DNA of 64,000 nucleotides from Lytechinus pictus (taxonomy: Eukaryota), in assembly GCF_037042905.1 (NCBI RefSeq), contig NC_087251.1:26848001-26912000 (forward strand). Direction: 5' to 3'. This document shows positions 48,929-64,000 of the stretch, in pieces. Under the pieces are notes generated by a model. That model was not told the origin of the DNA. It saw only the letters and a list, made by a program, of their open reading frames with translations, and ran no database searches. The translations under genes and the position numbers were made by a program. How positions within the stretch are numbered: the first letter of the stretch is position 1; every line of letters starts with the position of its first letter.

Positions 48929-51596
48929 TATGCTCAAGACACTGAATGTGAGATTTCCCATCATCACCGTGAATTGCAATAATTTGGCCAATAGGGATTT
49001 TTTTTTTTTTAGAAATCCCTTCATGTATTTAGTCATATATTTTCCCCTATCTGTAAGTTCTGTAATTGCGTCTATTGTAATTGTACATGTATGTAACCAT
49101 ATCTGTTCTGATAAGTTGTTACATTTCTTTTTAGTACATGAATATACAATTATTTATTGTAAAACATCAAACAAAGTTTAAACAAGTCTTTCTTTTCCAA
49201 ATTTATGTCATGGTTTTTATTTCCAATTTGTATACAACTCCTTCTTGCCATTACAACTTGTACAAAATTATGTTCAGGTGATTTCATCATAATTACATTT
49301 TCACATCACAATATCATGGTTTTACTTCACTAGAAGGCATTGGAATTATGTATAATTTTACAACAATCAAATAGAAAAGACAAATGGAACACAGCATTAT
49401 GCATGGGCACAGATTATGTTAAAAATTATACATTTTTCTTTCGAGTCAAGTGATAACTTCACTATTCAGCCATGGATTACTTTGTAATTTTCTAGAAATA
49501 AGGACCAGGGGGTCATTTCATAAAGCTGTTGGTTAAGTTAGGTACGACTGGTGGGATACCCCAAATTTACATTCATGGAAGGGCATTTCCTATAACCCTA
49601 ATCAAACTTTTGACAGTATTGAATTGAAAATTTTCTTGACAGATGTCAGATAACAACTTTACCACAAGGGAATCAGATTGATTGCAAATTCAAAAAAAAA
49701 ATGATGGTAAATCTGATTCAGCAGTTGTGTGTGTGTGTTGGGTGCATGTGTTTTTGTGTGTGAGGGTACGTGTGTGTGACTTATGAACAGCTCTATGAAA
49801 CACTCACCAATTGGTTTTGTCTTGAGAAACTGTGACCTATGGCCATCTCGTACATGGTGCAGCATGCCAGCATCAAAACAAAAGACGCAATTTTCATTGG
49901 AGACATGATTTGATTCAATTTCACTGAATGCAAGGGTAATAGAATACACATAACAAAACAAACTTCATGACAAAAGAACAAAGTGAATGGATAATGACAA
50001 GTAATGATTTTAAATCAAGTATGCATGAAATATAAAGTATCAAATACCTTCGATGTTTCCATTCAAATGATTATCTATCTAATTAGCATAATTAGTAATC
50101 TAATACGACACAAAGATCTGTGTAGATCAGAAAGAGAAATAAAGTACAAACAAATTACAATAGAGCCTTAGGCATGAGTCTAGTACTTTATAACTTAAAC
50201 CAACACAAACCAAACATGAATGTAAATGTTACATCATTAACACAATATTGTTTACACTTAAATCTGGAGTCAAGAAAGTTGATCTTCTTAGTCAGGTGAG
50301 GTGGTCTTTAAGGACAGGTTTCTTGGGCTGGAATTCAATTAAATACAGAAGCAGAACTTGCATATACACGGTATATATTGGGCTAAGATATGTCTCTTAA
50401 ATCACCAATTTTCTGACTCGAGTATAGTGCTGAATACTGGCTTTGGAGTACACACACCAATGGGACTATGTATAGGCTCTACACTCACATTTGGCCACAA
50501 GGCAAGATTCTTTGTGCCATACCAAAAAAGTCAATGGGTAACACCAAAATATATATGGCAATATATGGAGGTGTATTTGCATACATGTGGGTGTGATATA
50601 TTTGCAGGAGATCGAGATTAGCACTCATATAATTTGATATAATTCTTCATCTTCATAATTTTTACATAAATTGACATATTGATTAATAATGGAAGCTGTG
50701 AAACATTAAGAGTGATGAAGGATAGGATTTGTATTGTACAATCAAGGGGGGAATCAAATTTCTTTATCTGGGGCACAATACAATGTGTGACCTCAAAGAT
50801 ATTAATAGTTTAATCTGATATTTGATATCTATTCATCCTAACTACATCCTCTATAACACCAATATACAAATAAATTCCTACATCAAAATAAGTTCACATC
50901 ATATTAGGAAGAATATCTTGTACAAATGAACTCCTTTTATGTTTAAGAATGCAAAATCCTTGAACAAAAACTTTCAAACAATACTACCTTTATATCAATA
51001 GTCTGAATTGTCAATGCAAAGCCAATGTTAATATTGTCAACTAAACGTGTACTTCTCGAAATAAGTTTTATCTGGTAAAACTTGTTCATTTCAAGCTCAA
51101 ATACAAGGGTCTAGGAAAACTCCCCAATGACTAGCATGTTAGTCTTTAGAAGAGAAATACTCTAGGGGACCTCTAATATTATATACTCCCTTGAAAGTTG
51201 TTTTATAGGTTGATCCCAACGACTAGTCATCATTCAATGATTATGATAACAAAGGTGAAATCCTTGGTTTTGATTGGCTGGGAAGCACTGTTACTATGGC
51301 AGCAATTATTTACTAACTTGTCACCGACAATACAAGAAAGGCTGACCAGATAAAACAATATTTTTGATGGAACAATATACTTTGGTAATTCTGAGGTCCT
51401 TGTTCTTATGGCATCCATTGTGTGTACTATGGTCAAATCAAAACAGCAGTAAAATTTAAATCATTTTTCAATTGAATTCAAAACATAAATGTATATTCAA
51501 GCCTAGGAATACTATGAGGATTTGGGGTTTCTGCTGTAACAAGCTCTAACCTTAATCCAATTTTTAAAATAATGATTTATTGCTGGTTATTATTAT

Positions 51597-54500
51597 CTAA
51601 GATAAACGTATTGTCCAATCCTGACCAATGTTGACGCCTGGTTTACGTATCGTCAAAACTTGTCTGTTATGAGAGGTAGTGAAAGACAACTGGGTGATAG
51701 CTGTAAAGAGATAAAGTGAACAAAAGAATGAGATGAAATTTAAGAGAACTTTTGAAATTTATTAACATAATAATATTATTAACATAATAAAATTTTATTT
51801 TATTAAATTATACACCACTACCAACCTGCACGCACACTGCGATCATCCCAATCTAGTCTCTTACATATTCCACTTTCTAAAAAATCCTGGGGCGATCGAG
51901 CCTTTGCTCATGCCTGACCAGCCCTGTAGAATTCACTACCACAGGAGCTGAAGAACACAAACTCCGCAACATCGATTAAGGGCAACCTAAGATTGCATTT
52001 GTTCACCAGCAGGTACTAGGATTGAAGACGGATATTTTTCCTCATTTGTAATTTACCCTTTCTTGTACTTCTCTTAGTTCTTTTTACTTTTATGTTTTGC
52101 TCTCTTCTAAGCGCCTTGAGCATTTAAACAAAATGGAAAAGATGCTATATAAATCATATGTATTATTATTATTATTAATTTCCTCATCTCCAACATATTT
52201 AATGATTCTAACAATTTCATCAGCTTCTAGGAAAATGTAAACCAAATTCTTTTGTTCTGTTGATTATATCTTGACCCTGAAACTACCAGTACATCATATA
52301 TGCATATTTATAACTTCCTAAATTTAACCTTTTCCTTTTCAAAATACAGAATAATCAACAAGTATTGAATGAAAGAAATCTAGAAAGGCCCATTGAATCA
52401 ATATTTCAAACAAATTAACCCATGTCCCTGTAATTTGGAGCTAAGGTGTATGAAAAAGTGTATTGTTTGTATTGGCAAAGATAAATCAAATAAATACCAT
52501 TTCATGAAATATTAAAAGTTAAATGAAAGAAAACACATAAATTGACACATTCGTTTTTAAAAATTACTTCTAAAATAGCAGCAATTATTTAGTATACAAG
52601 ATCTAGCAGCAGACCTGCCAACCTCTGGGAATGAAAAAATGCATTCTGTGATTAAAAAAACTGTATTTTTCCCAAATAAAGTGTATTTCATAATAAGATG
52701 CGTGGCGCACTCGCTCATCGCGGCGCTCAAGCTGCATGCAAGCTTAAATGCACACTGCTCTTGCAGATGAAAAAAAAAACATTGAAACATGTGTATATCT
52801 CACCCTGGTTTTAACAAAATGATTAAAAAAAAAACAAGTTACCTGAAATTACATTGATCTAATAACCATATTTGTGTAAGTTTTATGAAATAGAGACATA
52901 TAGAGATGATTTTTCTCAATAAATTATGATTTTGTAAAAAAAAAAAACATATTTTTAAAAGAAAAACGTACTGCCGTATTTTGGTTGCAAAAACGTACTG
53001 GTTGGCAGGTCTGTAGCAAGACCTAAATAGAACAAATAACATGCGATGAATGGTATAAACATTCACAATAAACTCACTTTGTGAAATAAGTTCTACTTTC
53101 TTTGGTAATGATTTCAATCCAATGATGACTACTCTCTCCAGCCAAGAATTGGTTTCAAATCCAGTGCCAGATAATGCCCTGTTCATGAAAATAATTAATG
53201 TATGAAAGTATTGATTATAGCATTCTAAACAATGTTAACAAGCAATATCAATGTTGTTATCAACCTTATGGCTCCAAAATGTTACCAGACCACACCACTA
53301 ACTATTCGTATTGGCTTTAGCTATTAAGTTTCAAGTAAAATTCACATTCTTAAAACATCACTTTCATTAGTGGTTTCATTTCCCTTTAGATAGAGAGCTA
53401 TGATTTTACAGGACATTCCTTGAAGTAATAAAAAAGGGAGGTCCCAAAATTTCGCTATAACATGTTTCTGACAAAGAGAGAGAGAGATCGAAATTCCTTA
53501 CCTTGATTCTAATTTGTTGGCACTAAAGGTAAATTGTCGATAGATATATTTTTGCTGCTTATAATCAAAGCTATGACCATCATCGATGTAAAGATCACCA
53601 GTAGCTGTGCCCTGTCATCAAAGAAATGTTAAATATTTATTAGTATTCAGAATAGTACACATTTACAGAGTTTAGTGGAAGCAGGCAAATTTTTTTTTTG
53701 AGAGAGAGCTACTTTTTCTAACTTACTGTCTAAATTTGCAATATTGGATAAGCTTTAACATTGAGATGAATGGCGATTTCCAGGGCTCTTTTGTGCATTT
53801 CAGGGGCTAAATCGCAGCAGCAAGCCCCAGGGTAATTTTTTCCCCTAATTGGGAGCAATATAAAGAGCATTACATCCTCTTAACCCATCACCTACTGGTA
53901 GTTCCTGTACCAAGCCTAAATGAGAATAAAAGAATTCAGTAGTTGATGGGATGAAATTTTACAGCATAAATTCCCCCCCCCCCCAAAAAAAAAAAAAAAA
54001 AATCATATTTGGGCAGTCCCCCAAAGAATTTTAATACATGAGATTCCTTAAATGCAGATGCACTCCTAAATTATTTATTGTGTCTTGTCTAGGGTTTCTA
54101 GTTCATATGAAAAGGTCTAAATCTTTCAAGTTTTAGACACTCGGACAACGTGGTTCTGTCATAACTCATTGGATTTTGTTTTGAGGGGTAGGAAAACAGA
54201 AACTATGTGAATGTAGCATATTAAGGTAGATATCTATAGATTGGATAGATCTACAGAGTATACCAACCATTTGATATGCTTTTATCTTGCATGGAAATCC
54301 CCCTCCCTTGGCCACTGATATGGTCAAGCAAGGTCTACAGGCATGCTTTTACTCAAAGCTAAACTGGGGTATTCCACATGAGCAATAATTTGGATGGAAA
54401 AGTATTTTTAATCAAGGTAAATTGTTACCATATGACAAAATATACAGATCTAGACAAGAAGGTACTGACATGTTTTCCCATCTAAATGTATTTGCTAAGT

Positions 54501-57500
54501 AGAAAATTATCAAAATCTGAAAATAAGTTAAGATCAGTTCCTCAACCCTAAAATATGGTAGTATGCATCACCTTTACATGAAAATATTTGAAAGATTAGC
54601 AATTACTGGAATGATAAACTTACAGCATTATTCAAGGCAACAGTCAATGTATAAGGATCATCTACAGCTAGAGATGAGCATCGTCTGACCCTCTCCTTAC
54701 GAGGGACTATGGATCCACCATGCTGGAAGACTGGGATCTACAAGATACAAATCAAGGAAGCAAAGTTTTAAAAATCTGTATTTTATTGTCGGCCATAGAA
54801 ATCTGAAACAGAAATACTAAAAAATTTGTTTTGTCCTATTGACTGTGGGCCCGGCAGCCACTGTGTGCCAGATTGACAATGCTCTATCCCTTGAATCCTT
54901 AAATGTCTTTTAGCTTGATGCGGCCAGTGCTTGAACTCCCAACCTCCCGGTAGTGAGACTGACGCTCTATCAACTGAGCCAAAACAACAGTTATCATAGC
55001 TATTTTGAGTAATTTCATTCTCATTATTTGACAATCAAAATCAAAATTGTGGGAATATTGTTAATACACTTATATTTTCAAAATCATCTGACTCTGCATG
55101 ACCAATAGATCAGAAAATATATACCGTAAATTCATAGACTCGTCAATTAGAGTCATTCATGCAGGACCACCCCAAGAGTAAATTAGCAAACTGTGCAATG
55201 ATCACTTAAACATTAAAGATACATCTAAATTGAACTATGTTTTGAACACACCCATCCCCCCCTCCATTACTTTCAAGCAGAAATGAACATAATTCCTGAC
55301 TTTTTGCTTCTGAAAAAGAATTTTCAAAATTTCCTCGTATTCCAGAAACAATATGACCTGTATGAGCACTTACAATTAAATTGTAAACAACCATCACTGA
55401 ATAACCTTTTTCTTCTGGATTTGATCACACGTTGGAGATCGTCAGTGTAGCATTAATCATTACCACTTAATCTTCCATTCATTTTGTTCGGCAACTGCAT
55501 TATTTCTCAATTAAATGCATACCCATTCTGTAAGACATATACTATCGACCTGCATAAAATCAGATCACAGGTCTTTGCAACTCAGAACAACACACATTTT
55601 GAAGACTCTGAATAACATGTAAAGTACAATGCGTAATCTATCGTTTAGTATCAGAAAGGATGTGTAACATATATAGAGATCTGCTTAATATTCATAATTG
55701 TATCTTTCATGATATTGTTTGCCATAGAATTACAGTTATGCTTAATTGTACAATCCATTTATATGTCATACTGCAGAGTTGATTAATATTTACAATTAAT
55801 TGTAATTTAGTTACATGGCTTAAAGTGCAATAGAGTGAACTAAGTGAAAGAATACCTTATCTAGGTCAGCATTCATATTATGAGTAGCTGGTCCTTGGTA
55901 GGCAAAGAATGTATCAACATCAAACCATGGCTGGAAAGAAAGAGAAAAAAGGTGCACAGAGAATATTCAAGACATTTCATAACAAGATTTAACAAACCTG
56001 TAGTCTAGAATTAAAATGAAGGTCTGAGCAAACGAAAGATACATATACCCTTTTTTGCAAAAATTAAGTTTCTAATAATAAAGAGTGTCGGTGAGTATAT
56101 TCTCATTACCATAAGCATCATCATGATTACCATCATCATCATGTCATCATAATCATCATTACTATCATCATCATCACCATCATCATCACCATTACCATCA
56201 TCATCATCATCATCGTCATCACCATCATCATCACCATCACCATCATCATCATCATCGTCATCACCATCATCATCATCATCACATCCCTGTAACTAAATGC
56301 ATGCTGTGTTTTACATACAAATGGATTGACCTTTGAATAAAATTTTTAACAAGTAATATTTCTAAATGACTTACATCAGTTCCAGGGAAATAGATGGAAG
56401 TAGCTCTTGATCCCTTTTCTGTGATTGGGCTAACCAACAAGGCATTACCTGCAACAAAACAGATGTACATCATTTTCTTTTGCTATACACATAAAGAATA
56501 CAAGGACTTTTCACTCTACCTATTACATGAATCACAGATGGGCAATTATACAAGTTCCTTTTTTTAATATTTTGCATGCCCATTTTATACCTTGACTTCT
56601 TTTGTAACATGCAATGATCAGAATAATAATTCTTTATTCATTTGAATTCTTTCAATCCATCTATTTTCTAATGAAATTCACGATTTAACAACGGAGACAA
56701 ATAAAAAAAAATTAAACCAATTTACACAGAACAATTAGAGTGCCTTATACAATCAAATGTATACTATAGCACTAATGATCATCATGGTACGACCATTTTT
56801 TATATAGGCTTCTTTTCACCCAAGGATTTGAATTTTCTGGAATATCAATGTGAATATTTTTTACCTTGTTTATGAAGTGGTGTGATTGTTTTTTCATCTA
56901 GAATTACCCAGGTTCATTGGATGCTTTCAAGTACAGTGTGGAAAGCTGGCCTGATTTTATTAAGCACCAGCCACAACAACAAAACTGAAATGAAGCACCA
57001 GCCACAACACTAAACCAACACTAAACCTGAAATAAGCTTGAGCTTATATTGACATCACACAATGGGAGATTTCATGTTCAGTGTTGGTGCTATTGTTGAA
57101 AACACAATTTACAGTATTTGCTATCTCCAACACCTAATGTTAGTTTGACCATTTTACCAACACGAATTCAATATCTTTTGTTAATATTAAGAACTAATTT
57201 ACCAAGCATGAACTGGTCTTCCATTGAAAATGTATCCATATCCTTGGGGAATTCCATCCACATAGGTCTAAAAAAAAGAAGGGAAATAATCTGATAAGTT
57301 AAATCTTCATTCGCAAATATATAGCTTTCATAAAAGTAGTGACAGTTGATAACACTGATCATGAACATATACAATTGAAAATTACAGTTAAGACTATAAG
57401 TATACCAGACTACAATCAGTGCCATACAAGAATTAACCAAGGAAAGGGAAAGAGGGTGTTACAACAGGAAATATATTGACTCCTGGACTGCACGCACTAA

Positions 57501-60500
57501 AAGACATGCCACTGTATTTGCTGGATAATATTCTGTGTTTTATTTCTCCAAGGATGAAAGCACATTCTTGATTTGATCACTTAAAAAAAAATTATTTTTT
57601 ACAGTCAGATTCTCTTCGGATTTTATCAGCATTTCTCAGTACTTTCATCTATGTCTTCAATTATAATAATATACAAATAACAATTGTCCATTATTTACCA
57701 AAATGGCCACTTTTAACTATAAGCTAATCATCCAGTCGGCCCTGCATAACATAAATAATGCTATTGCGACAATGATTTCACTCTTGTGGTTCACATGACA
57801 TCATGAGAAAAAAATGTAGTAATTATGTGAAGAATAAGTTCATAAATTCAACATCTTTTTCGACCACTGTCCAAATTTTGGACAAACATACCTCATAGGT
57901 GGAAGACCCGTCTGTGAGGAGTTGTAATAGAGGGTGTACCAGAAAGGAAGGAGAGCGTATCTTGCACGGATAGCGTTGCGTATGATGAGCTTGTTCTCCG
58001 GTTGCAACAACCACGGTTCCCGACGCTTGGTGTCGATGTGAGCGTGGGCACGGAAGAATGGTTGGTAGGCACCGGCCTGGGGGAAACGTGTAGTAAATTG
58101 GAATGATATGATATAATAATGCAAAGCCCTATTTTGTTAAAAGAAGAAAATTCAAGCAAGCATTTTCTTTTTATTATAGATGTACATTTAATTCAGTGAT
58201 ATAAAAAGAAGTTGTAAGAGAGTTTAAGAAAATGAAGAGAAGAGGATGTGTGGTATATGAAAGGCGGAGAGGAGGATGAAGAGGACAATGAGGGGAGGGG
58301 CAGGGAGGAGAGCGCTTACATACCTTAATAGAAGTCTGTGCCACTTGCTGAAGCACAAATCCCGCTATAATGGCACTTTGAGTCTATTCATAGGGGCTTT
58401 CCTGCACTCCCCATTGTTATGTCTATGAATTGGTGATGAAAGGCAGCTTTGACTTTTGACAAGGTACCTTAATAGAGGTTTTGACTGAATTTTTATGACA
58501 ACTGCTATGTTTTGCTGCTGCTATGTAGGAAAGATAAACATGAGGTGGGAGACAAGGGCAAATGATCAGGTAAAGAAGAGAAAGACAAAAATTAAGACGA
58601 TATGGAGGAGGGATAGAAATTCATAGAATTTCCAAAACAAACATCTTACCTGATACCATCTGGTGAGCAATTCTTCATCTGGATTCTTGAAGAATCCACC
58701 AACATCCGCTGGAGAAGGAATGAACATATTGAAACATTACATTGACAGATTCCTTGTTCATTATCATGAATATTCAATCAATATCACACTCAGCAGTGAT
58801 GTCTGTTCAGCCATGATGAGCTGTATTCAGGTGTAATAGCTCATTTCGGAGTTAGGTGGTCTCATAATTTCATAACTGACTTTAAATGCCACTATCCAAT
58901 TCAGCTAAATTGTTACGTTCAGTCATGATTTGGCATCATACATCAGGCCCTATTGACTATGTAATGCATTTAAAAAGTATTTAAAATCCTAACAATTTCT
59001 TCTCATTTTTATTGAATATGTTAAGATAATTTGATCTGACCATATAAGCACCCACACAAGTAAACATTTTTTCTGTAACCCCCCCCCCCCCATCCATCTG
59101 CGCCTCGGAATAGTTTACTAGATAGATGGTGCATAATAAATGTGTTTATTACTATTATTATTATTAATATCATTCCATAACTGAATTTAAAATGCCACTA
59201 TCCAATTCAGCTAAATTGTTACGTTCAGTCATGATTTGACATCATACATCAGGCCCTATTGACTATGTAATGCATTTAAAAAGTATTTAAAATCCTAACA
59301 ATTTCTTCTCATTTTTATTGAATATGTTAAGATAATTTGATCTGACCATATAAGCACCCACACAAGCAAACATTTTTTCTGTAACCCCCCCCCCCCCATC
59401 CATCTGCGCCTCGGAATAGTTTACTAGATAGATGGTGCATAATAAATGTGTTTATTACTATTATTATTATTAATATCATTACCATTATTATTATGTACAG
59501 CCGTTACATACCCTTATGACTATGTTATGTACAGTTGGGTACATGCCTTTATGTAATATTATACAAATTGTTATCATTACAGATCCTCCTTATTAATCTT
59601 AGTTACTGACCTCCTATGAATGGAATTCCAGCTAGACCAATACTCAGAAGCATAGGGTTGCTAGCCTTCAAATGGTCCCACTCTGCTGCATTGTCACCTG
59701 TCCAGATAGCACCTATGGAAAAAAACATCATCAAATACCTTGAATAACTCCTAAACACACTGAACCAACAAGCATTATGAATAAACAGCATTGTGAATAA
59801 TGCTTTCCATGGTAGAAAAGACATACTGTTTTAGGAAAGATCCTCTCGAATTACCTAACCTTACAATTGCAGGTAACATCGTAGAGAGAGTTGATGAAGC
59901 CAAACTTTTGGGTGTATTTATTAATAACAAGTTGAACTGGGAAAGCCATGTAAAAGAAATGTACACTAAAGCAACAAAACGTTTGTACCTTCTCGTCCAA
60001 TTACGAAGAGCAGGCCTAAGTAAGTTGGATATGTGTAAATATTATGTCGTCGAAGAAAGCTCTGTCTTAATTTGTTCAAACATATACAATACCCCAACCA
60101 CAAACTTAACCGTTGACTGTCTCTTACCAGCAAAACGTGAAACCAGATACGCACTGAGAAAAACCAATGATTTTGACTTACCAAAGTGTAGAACCAATAG
60201 GTATAAAAACAGTTTTATTCCCTGGTGCTTATAGAATTTGCAATGATTTATGTTTTGTTTCAAATTCTTGTTTTTGTCTGGACTGAGTTAATGGCATTAT
60301 TATGGTTGTGCAATTTAAGACAATATTTCTTGATTTTATGTATGCCTATGTGTGTGTTTCTCCTTTTAAATGTTTAATAATCATAATTTCTTACTTTAGA
60401 TATTTTAAGATACTCTTTAATATGATGTTTATTCAATTTAAAAATATAAATTATCAATCTTTGTAAGATATGAAATTTATAACTGTCAACCATTTTTATT

Positions 60501-62603
60501 TGTACATAATCCAACCTTGTATAAGGTTGCAATAAAGATTGAATTGAAACTGTAAAAGCCAATATTAAATCAGGCAAATATTTTCATGACTTTAATACTG
60601 TGAGCACCGGAACTACCTCAGCCAGGTTAATAAAGGAGCGCCTTGAGCATTAACAAGCTGCATATGCGCACTATACAAATCCAATATTATTGTTACATTA
60701 TTACAAATAATCAGCTTATAGAGTGATGGTTTGCACACTTGCATTGACAGTGATTAAGGAATATTTGCAATGACATACCATATCTCTGTGATCCAGAGAA
60801 GAATGCTCTTGACAGGGTAAATGGTCTTTCAGTTCCACCAGATCTTTTTATCTGACCATCAGCATTGGCCATATGCTTCATGGGAAAAGAAAGCAAATAC
60901 AATTCATATAAAATGGAAATAATAGCCAATTCTAAAGCTCAAAATGGCATACATGTATCTTCAGAACAATTAAATTAAATACTGAGATTTCATGGGTGAT
61001 AGATTACAATTTACGGACAACAGGTTAGTGAGAAGCAACAGAAATACATAATATAGCATTGTGAATCTGCACATTGGACTGTGTCATCGATTTGAAATCA
61101 CAGACATTCCTCTGCCTGATTCGGAAAAGTTAGAAAAGGTAAAGTAAGGTGATGAGTTTAAAAATTTAGGGGTTCATATTATGTATTCTTCTTCATTTTT
61201 TTTTAAAAAGGATGTGCTTCTCAACTTCAATACTTGTCATACAAAATAACAAATACTATCAATATGATTCCAACAATTGTAATCCATTCCAATGACCACT
61301 TGGTCGAATGAAAAGTATATAAAATGAACTAGATTGGAACAATGGTCTATCAGGTATGGCATCACACTCCTGTAGAAATCAACTCAATACAAGATAATAA
61401 CAGGGTTTACTGTAGAATCTCATAACATCCAAATAATATTCAAATTCAAAAGTCATTAAAATACATAAACATGCTGGCAGTAATTAATGAAAATCAAGCT
61501 TAATATCAATTCAGATCTTGATTACCCCAAAAGATGAGAACTTTCCCTTAGAAGAGCCAACTTACAAAATAGAGTCCATACAGATTATGAACATCTCTAT
61601 GCTCCCAGCCGTTGGCATGGACGACATCTTTGTGCATGGTGACCTCGGGCCCATTGAAAACAGACGGCTCATTCATGTCGTTCCAGTTGAAAAGATTGGG
61701 ACGACTGCCCTGGTAGCTGTCGTGACTCAGTCGGCTTGCCCACCAATCACGGACATCCTTCCGGGTGAAGTCTGGGTAGCTTGATGACCCTAGGAAACCA
61801 GAGACAAGGGGATAAACATATACTTACAGTATCTGGGGAGTGATTATATAACATATAAAATCAATTTTAGAACCCTAAAAAATAACTGGAGAATGAGGCC
61901 AAATATAATGGCCATTTACCATAATTGTTTATCATCACATTATTCAAAATTTAAATCTTATCATGTTCAAACAGCAACAAGACCACCAGTAATCTATTGC
62001 AAGTTTCAGTGGAAATCTTAGAAGAAATCCCAGCAGTTTAATACATTTCAATTCTTTTAAATGTTTACAATATACTGTTACTTCTATTAACAGTCATGAT
62101 ATTCCCCTCTGAAAGAAAAATCTGAAATATAGCCAAGGGTCGCTAAGTCACCGCCGAAGTCTGAGAGGAATGTCACTCCAACAGAAATACAGTAAAGAAT
62201 AGAGTACTAGTTTACAGGGTATAATCTATGAAGTGGCAGTCTACACTGTAACCCAATTACAAATAACTACATTATGTATGTATACCTTCGAGAAAATCCC
62301 ATACTGTCACACACTATGGAGAGTAATTCAATTAGAAAATAATAAAGTGCCAGTCTTATTTTGCCATTCAATTGGAAATGTATATTTCAAAAAGTGTTCA
62401 CAGGGTATAATATAGACATTTAAGCAGTCTATGGTGTACTCAATCACAAATACAAAATAGAAAAGAAATTCCTCACCTGGCCAGCACCAGCCTTCATATT
62501 CACTGCCATCTTGTTTGTGGACGAAATAATCATTGTCTTTGCCTTCTTTGTACATGTGATAGTTGTTATCTCGGTGAACGTGAGGATCCACAATGGTCAC
62601 CAT
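51597..62603 (-). CDS. GANAB: Neutral alpha-glucosidase AB (glucosidase II alpha subunit, GH31), last 13 coding exons; 5' part lies right of the window
   Basis: Exons 62477-62603 (MVTIVDPH...EGWCWPG), 61566-61789 ([17 protein letters not shown], nucleophile Asp), 60779-60875, 59611-59712 (AIWTGDN, acid/base Asp), 58650-58708 (ADVGGFF), 57892-58076 ([19 protein letters not shown]), 57203-57267, 56375-56448, 55856-55930, 54624-54737, 53502-53611 (GDLYIDDG), 53078-53178, 51597-51700 ([21 protein letters not shown]). Could be the common ortholog of vertebrate GANAB and GANC. Confidence 0.93.
51815..52177 (+). mobile_element. Degenerate L2-type LINE 3' end
   Basis: QPARTLRSS...[16 protein letters not shown] remnant, GCGCCTTGAGCA 3' motif and (TAT)n tail; another such end lies at about 60600-60695. 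Confidence 0.7.
52610..53013. mobile_element. Same 6-bp-TSD family, copy 2, in the last GANAB intron
   Basis: Same TIR, body highly similar to 1290-1777 with short deletions; TSD TAGCAG/TAGCAA (5 of 6 match). Confidence 0.85.
54835..54982 (-). mobile_element. tRNA-derived SINE head
   Basis: Minus strand TGGCTCAGTTGATAGAGCG (box A) ... GAGTTCAAGC (box B), with no intact cloverleaf or acceptor stem. Confidence 0.65.
56118..56280 (+). repeat. (CAT/CAC)n microsatellite, intronic
   Basis: Trinucleotide run. Confidence 0.95.
58871..59480 (+). repeat. Near-perfect tandem duplication of about 305 bp in a GANAB intron
   Basis: 58871-59174 and 59176-59480 differ only by a few substitutions and homopolymer or (TTA)n length. 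Confidence 0.95.
59760..60548 (+). mobile_element. Truncated, internally deleted CR1/L2-group LINE 3' part, antisense in a GANAB intron
   Basis: ORF 59800-60234 has [25 protein letters not shown]...[16 protein letters not shown] and [12 protein letters not shown]; the 3' end reads AATAAAGATTGAATTGAA. Confidence 0.85.
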
Positions 62604-64000
62604 CTACATAGAAGGCAATTAATAGAAACATTTTACCAAGTGTCAAGTTTTACATAACAATTGGTTACAATAATAAGTCGTTTTGTTGAAAAATTGTGAA
62701 AGGATCTATCACAAGCACCAAGCGCATGTAAAAACTGGCAATTGCTGTATGGTAGTGTAATCAACAAAATTATGAAATTTTGATGTAATTTTGCAGAGCC
62801 CCATGCACTACATGTAGCAATCAATATATGGGACTACACACAAGTGGTCAGACCAAAAGTATCAGTTGCTTATCATAACATGTAGGTAAGGAAATATTGA
62901 GAGCAATCCTTTTCCATTAAACATTTTTCTACATGTACATTATCTCCCTAAATATGAAAATGAAGTGAAAACTCATGATAAGATTTATTTACTACAACTG
63001 GACTATCAGGTTAAAAGTTAATTGAATTAAAAAAAATTAAAAATCACAGAAAGTATGTGTCTGTGATGATACTACAACATGATATAAATAATTGGGTATT
63101 CATATTTTTATGAATAGGAGGGTACTCTGCCAGTTCAATTTTCATTGGAAGCTGGTGTATAAACAAGTCAAAACAATAATTGGATATTTACCTTTCTTCC
63201 TTTCGCAGCCAATTGATCCAACATTCTTCCTGGGTCTGGGAATTTATGATTATCCCAAGTCAAATATCTATGACAAAGAAAAAAATAATTTCATAATTGA
63301 AACAATGGATACAAAAAACGTAATAATACAAATGTTTCAAAATACAAAAAAAATATGCACAGAAAGCATTAAACATATATCTGAAGAATTCTACATATTG
63401 ACTATGAATTGATTGAATTGGATTGAAGATATGACTTGGAGTTAGAGTTCAGCACAGGATTATTATCAACATGGATAAAAAAAAAATCAAATTATCATAA
63501 GGCCAGGATTGCCATACTTGGGGAAAATAATGTGCTGTTTGGATGATGAATGTTTACTTCAGGCCTACATTGATCTTGCAAATAAGACATTCCATTAAAT
63601 GCCCTCGTGAATACACACATTAAACAAACAAGGATGTAAAAATAGGTTAGACCTAGGATGCTATATAACTAGGCAGAGACAGGACATTTAACACATCACA
63701 TAAGCAGGCCATCGTTATTCGCAAGCACTGAATGAATCGCCATGCGCCTTTTAACGCAAACAAACGCAAGCATCATTTTGCCCTAGCATATAACAAAATT
63801 TCTCCCAAAGTCATAAAAGGAATATCAGATGATCAGACACATTTATATCCAAGTCAAACAATATGTCAGGATTAATAGTCAGTTTCAGATCAATATTTCA
63901 TGTTGCTATCAACATCGTAAATGACCAAAATTACTTTTTATCATAATTAGAGTGAATAATTTGAATTTACTATTTTTCTGTAAATGAAGGATTGGAAAAG

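Noticed and set aside
54905..54982. tRNA gene
   Set aside because: Box A and box B are present but acceptor and T stems do not pair; treated as a SINE head.

Overview
AT-rich animal genomic DNA; the gene structures and repeat families suggest an invertebrate deuterostome such as a sea urchin, though this is inference. Three spliced protein-coding genes were reconstructed exon by exon from GT-AG junctions with consistent phase. EEF1G (minus strand, exons 1-8, 3' end runs off the left edge) has a 5'TOP/TCT-type start. NVL (plus strand) is complete, with 24 coding exons encoding about 966 aa and two AAA+ domains. GANAB (glucosidase II alpha, minus strand) is present as its last 13 exons. EEF1G and NVL are head-to-head; NVL and GANAB are tail-to-tail. 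The best non-obvious signal is a pair of ~145-nt box H/ACA snoRNAs in two different EEF1G introns, supported by a compensatory base-pair change between the copies; the 3' pocket fits the 18S rRNA site equivalent to human U406 (SNORA71/U71-like). Introns are crowded with non-autonomous DNA transposons (TTAA, 8-bp, 6-bp, 4-bp and TAA target duplications), foldbacks, LINE/SINE remnants and microsatellites. Most ORFs in the supplied track are spurious or single-exon fragments. I found no convincing wholly new protein-coding system.
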